Below, piece by piece: positions 8,130-10,796 of a DNA stretch of 10,796 nucleotides; position 1 is the stretch's first letter; each line of letters starts with the position of its first letter. The notes under the pieces were generated by a model. The model saw nothing but the letters and a program-made list of their open reading frames with translations, had not been told where the DNA came from and ran no database searches. The stretch comes from an uncultured Pseudomonadota bacterium. GTDB lineage: Bacteria > SAR324 > NAC60-12. Made by a program: the position numbers and the translations under genes. Where the stretch lies: the NCBI GenBank assembly GCA_913020725.1, contig CAJWCD010000120.1, forward strand, positions 1-10,796. Reading direction: 5' to 3'.

Positions 8130-8203
8130 AGCCAACGACTGGAGTCCGGAAATCCTGCTGGGCACCGCTGAACTAGCCAAACCAAATCGGGTGAAACCTC
8201 CTG

Positions 8204-9472
8204 ATGACCAAGCCCATCACTCTTCTCTCTTTCCTTGGAGGCAACCGGGGCAAGGATTCCAAACGTCCAGTTTACGAACAGGCCAACTATCGCTTCCCGG
8301 ATGGGAGCGAGGTGTGCTCCGATTATTTTGCGGAGGCGATTGTGCGCTCCGGGCAGTTCCAACTCAAGCAGGTGTTGCTCCTCGGCACCCGCACCTCGGT
8401 CTGGGAACGGCTGGTGCAGGAGGTCGATCTGGACCTTGCCTCTGCGATTCTGGAGCGCACCGACGGGGACACTCCTGCGGGAGTGACGGACGAACAACTC
8501 CATCAGGTGGAGCACTTGCTGGCCGAGCAGTGGAGGATGGAGGTCCATGCCTATGCCGGGGAGCTTGCCATCAACGAGTCCAATGCGCTCGATGAACTGG
8601 TGGCCTACGATGCGATGTTGGCGAAGATTCCGGACTCCCACGAGGTGCTGTTCGACTTCACGCACGGCTTCCGTTCGCTGGCCATGCTGCTCACCGTGGC
8701 CCTGCGCTTCCGAGGAGCAATCCACCAACAGCACCACCTGCGGACCGTGCGCCTGATTTATGGCGAGTTCAACCGCGATGCCCCCTCCCCGGTGCATGTG
8801 CTGGATGATCTCTGGAAGGGGTTGCAGGTGTCACAGGCGGCGCAGCTGTTTCTGGAGAAATTCGCAGGCGAGGAACTCGCGGAGATGCTGGAGTTGGACT
8901 GGCCTGTGGGGGCTAAGGCGATCCGCAAGCTCAGCGAACGGGTGCAGTCCAACCTCTTCCTTGAGTTTGAAGAGCCGCTGCGCCAGTTGCACAATGCCCT
9001 CAACAACCTGCCGCAGCCGTGTCCCGACTGGCTGGCCATGCTCGCGCATGCGCTGGAACGCTTTCACCACCGCCTCACCGCCCCCACCCTGTCGGGAATC
9101 CTGCTGCGGTTGGCGGAACTGCTGATGGAACACCATTTGGCGGGACAAGCCTACACTGCGCTCGATGAGGCTCTCACGGAAATCGTGCTGATGGCGCATG
9201 GCAAGGAATCCCGCAACCTCACCGATGACGACCGCCGCCAACTCTTCCGGGAAACCATGGAGCAACTTCCGGATCGGCGGCTGGCTCATCAACTCTGGCG
9301 CATCCACAACACGCGTAACACCGTGGCCCACGCCGGACGCAAGATTCACCGCGACAATCCCGGCAACGCGGTGGCCCCGGGGCGCTTCCTCCACGAGTTC
9401 CACGGACTCGCCGAGCGGCTGCGCCCACTGGCTAAAAATCCACGCAAGCTGCTTGAGGACCGCTGGCGGTGA
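8204..9472 (+). CDS. csx1: CRISPR-associated CARF-HEPN ribonuclease, Csx1/TM1812-type (DxTHG motif), 422 aa
   Basis: N-terminal LLSFLG...YEQANYRF, LLGTRTSVW and FDFTHGFRS (DxTHG at 8654-8668) mark the CARF domain. C-terminal HEPN R-X4-H motif RNTVAH at 9314-9331. Adjacent to cas6. Confidence 0.88.
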   Translation: MTKPITLLSFLGGNRGKDSKRPVYEQANYRFPDGSEVCSDYFAEAIVRSGQFQLKQVLLLGTRTSVWERLVQEVDLDLASAILERTDGDTPAGVTDEQLHQVEHLLAEQWRMEVHAYAGELAINESNALDELVAYDAMLAKIPDSHEVLFDFTHGFRSLAMLLTVALRFRGAIHQQHHLRTVRLIYGEFNRDAPSPVHVLDDLWKGLQVSQAAQLFLEKFAGEELAEMLELDWPVGAKAIRKLSERVQSNLFLEFEEPLRQLHNALNNLPQPCPDWLAMLAHALERFHHRLTAPTLSGILLRLAELLMEHHLAGQAYTALDEALTEIVLMAHGKESRNLTDDDRRQLFRETMEQLPDRRLAHQLWRIHNTRNTVAHAGRKIHRDNPGNAVAPGRFLHEFHGLAERLRPLAKNPRKLLEDRWR

Positions 9473-9496
9473 CGCCGCCCGGCTGTTTCGAAAAAG

Positions 9497-9511
9497 CCTC
9501 CTCCTCCTCCT
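9497..9511 (+). repeat. (CCT)5 simple repeat in the csx1-cas6 spacer
   Basis: CCTCCTCCTCCTCCT ends 11 nt before the cas6 ATG and overlaps the 3' end of a small hairpin GGCTGTTTCGAAAAAGCC (9481-9498). Confidence 0.85.
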
Positions 9512-9522
9512 AACGGGAAATC

Positions 9523-10455
9523 ATGCGCTGGACAAGAATTGAATTTCACGGCAGTTTCCCCGATGGAGCTGTGTTGCCAGTCTTTAAGGGGTCCATGCTG
9601 CGAGGTGCCTTGGGGTTTGCCCTCAAGCGTACGGTCTGCGCAGTCCGGGTCAAGGTCTGCGAACCCTGCCTGCTGCGCCCCTCTTGTGTGTATGCCCGTA
9701 TTTTTGAAGCAAAGCCTGATCCCGAACAGAGGGCCGGACAGGTCAATCTTCCCCATCCTTACGTCCTAGATTCCTCATCAATGGATCGTGAGACTTATGT
9801 TATCGGGGCTGCCTTCAAGTTTGAGCTGTTGCTCTTCGGCTCTCTGATCGACCTGCTTCCCTACTTCATTTATGCAGTTGAAGAAATGGGACGAAGAGGT
9901 CTCGGATCAAAACGGCAGAGATTTCTGCTGGAACGCGTGGAGGTGGACAAACAAATAATCTACTCCCCAGAGATGCCTCAACTGCCCGACCCACTGCCTG
10001 ACAGGAAGTTGACCCTCGATCCACTTCCCCAGGACGGGGACATCCATCACATTCGGGTTCACCTGGAAACTCCACTTCGAACCAAATTTGCAGGTCGGCT
10101 GGTTTCCAGTATTGATTTTACCCTGCTTGTTCACACCGCTCTACGCCGTGTCCGAGCACTCTGGTGGGAGTTCGAGCAGCAGGCTCCTCCACTGGATGAA
10201 AAATTACTTCACTCCCAAGCCCAGCAGATTGGAGTACTGAACTCCAGCCTGCACTGGCATGAACAAGTGCGTTACTCCTCCCGCCAAAAATCCAGGCAAT
10301 TTATGGGAGGAGTGAGTGGTTCGCTTGAGGTTGAGGGAGATCTCGCTCCGTTCATGCCGCTGCTGCGCGTGGCGGAGGTGGTTCACTTGGGAAAGGAAAC
10401 CAGTTTTGGAATGGGGAAGCTCCGATTGGAAGTGATTTATATTGAGTGTACTTGA
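9523..10455 (+). CDS. cas6: CRISPR pre-crRNA processing endoribonuclease Cas6 (Cys-cluster subtype), 310 aa
   Basis: GSMLRGALG, C-x6-C-x2-C-x5-C followed by VYARIFE, PHPYVL, LETPLR, RYSSRQ, GGVSG, and the C-terminal Gly-rich loop HLGKETSFGMG characteristic of Cas6. Confidence 0.92.
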   Translation: MRWTRIEFHGSFPDGAVLPVFKGSMLRGALGFALKRTVCAVRVKVCEPCLLRPSCVYARIFEAKPDPEQRAGQVNLPHPYVLDSSSMDRETYVIGAAFKFELLLFGSLIDLLPYFIYAVEEMGRRGLGSKRQRFLLERVEVDKQIIYSPEMPQLPDPLPDRKLTLDPLPQDGDIHHIRVHLETPLRTKFAGRLVSSIDFTLLVHTALRRVRALWWEFEQQAPPLDEKLLHSQAQQIGVLNSSLHWHEQVRYSSRQKSRQFMGGVSGSLEVEGDLAPFMPLLRVAEVVHLGKETSFGMGKLRLEVIYIECT

Positions 10456-10796
10456 ATACGGCTTCTTCCCAGCCCTCGACGGCTTAATCCTCTTCAGGCT
10501 TTCACAAAATACATATAGCTCCGCATCGTCAATTAGGAAGTTTTGGGGAGGGTTATCTTCAGTCAAAACAAGGATTAAAGAAGGAGCGTTTGAGTGCTAT
10601 GGGGCAAAAAAAGGATATACTGCAAAAAAACCCAGGAATTTTCCGGGGGTGCAGACAATGCGAGCTGAATGACATCCTCGACCCTTCAACGGGGAACCGC
10701 TCCGCTCGCGGCTGGGTTTTCCGGAAGGATCCACACCACAGTCACTTGGAATTTTCAAATCTTAGGAGGTCATGATTATATTTCTTAGATGTCTTA
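10456..10796. promoter_or_regulatory. Non-coding, palindrome-rich region after cas6; possible CRISPR leader or regulatory RNA locus
   Basis: No convincing ORF. Position directly after cas6, nested inverted repeats at 10627-10720, TATACT at 10616-10621 and an AT-rich 3' end. No repeat-spacer unit is visible, so leader status is unconfirmed. Confidence 0.4.
10624..10648 (-). terminator. Possible intrinsic terminator on the minus strand
   Basis: Minus strand reads CCC-C-GGA-AAAT-TCC-T-GGG followed by T7. The stem is short and has one mismatch. Confidence 0.35.

Noticed and set aside
7968..9472. Functional link between the MMPL operon and the cas genes
   Set aside because: Same strand, but separated by 136 bp containing an independent promoter candidate; adjacency alone is not evidence.
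1936..9756. Many antisense and alternate-frame ORFs (e.g. 1936-2703, 3261-3983, 4173-4937, 5708-6790, 6772-7515, 8051-8797)
   Set aside because: They overlap well-supported genes, show no recognisable motifs, and are expected shadows of GC-rich coding sequence.
10204..10775. Short ORFs 10204-10566 (-), 10442-10672 (+) and 10590-10775 (+)
   Set aside because: No recognisable domain such as Cas2, weak starts, and overlap with cas6 or the palindromic region.
10456..10796. CRISPR array after cas6
   Set aside because: No 25-40-bp repeat recurs at regular spacing. The shared words noticed are short, e.g. CCTCGAC (10474-10480 and 10676-10682) and TTTTCCGG.
10764..10796. Gene start at ATG 10772 after AGGAGGT
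   Set aside because: The SD-like sequence is only 1 nt from the ATG and just 8 codons are visible, so it cannot be supported.

Overview
Bacterial genomic window with three blocks. (1) Minus strand, 1-3183: a beta-ketoadipyl-CoA-type thiolase (pcaF/paaJ family), a stand-alone hisI, an ABC-2-type ATPase with no permease in view, and the start of a gene cut by the left edge. (2) Plus strand, 3276-8067, divergent from the thiolase: a translationally coupled three-gene operon encoding an MMPL/RND inner-membrane transporter, a LolA-like periplasmic protein and a predicted outer-membrane beta-barrel, i.e. a candidate trans-envelope lipid or hydrophobic-compound pathway. The inner- and outer-membrane proteins share an acidic (D/E)DLLG(G)F(D/E) motif and the LolA-like protein has a strongly basic patch, suggesting a docking code. 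(3) Plus strand, 8204-10455: a CRISPR-associated CARF-HEPN nuclease (Csx1/TM1812-type, DxTHG) and a Cas6 behind a good sigma70 promoter, followed by about 340 bp of palindrome-rich non-coding DNA (possible CRISPR leader or regulatory RNA). No CRISPR array, cas10, cas1 or cas2 is visible. A 73-nt hairpin lies just upstream of the ABC ATPase. All family calls come from motif recognition by eye; no searches were run.
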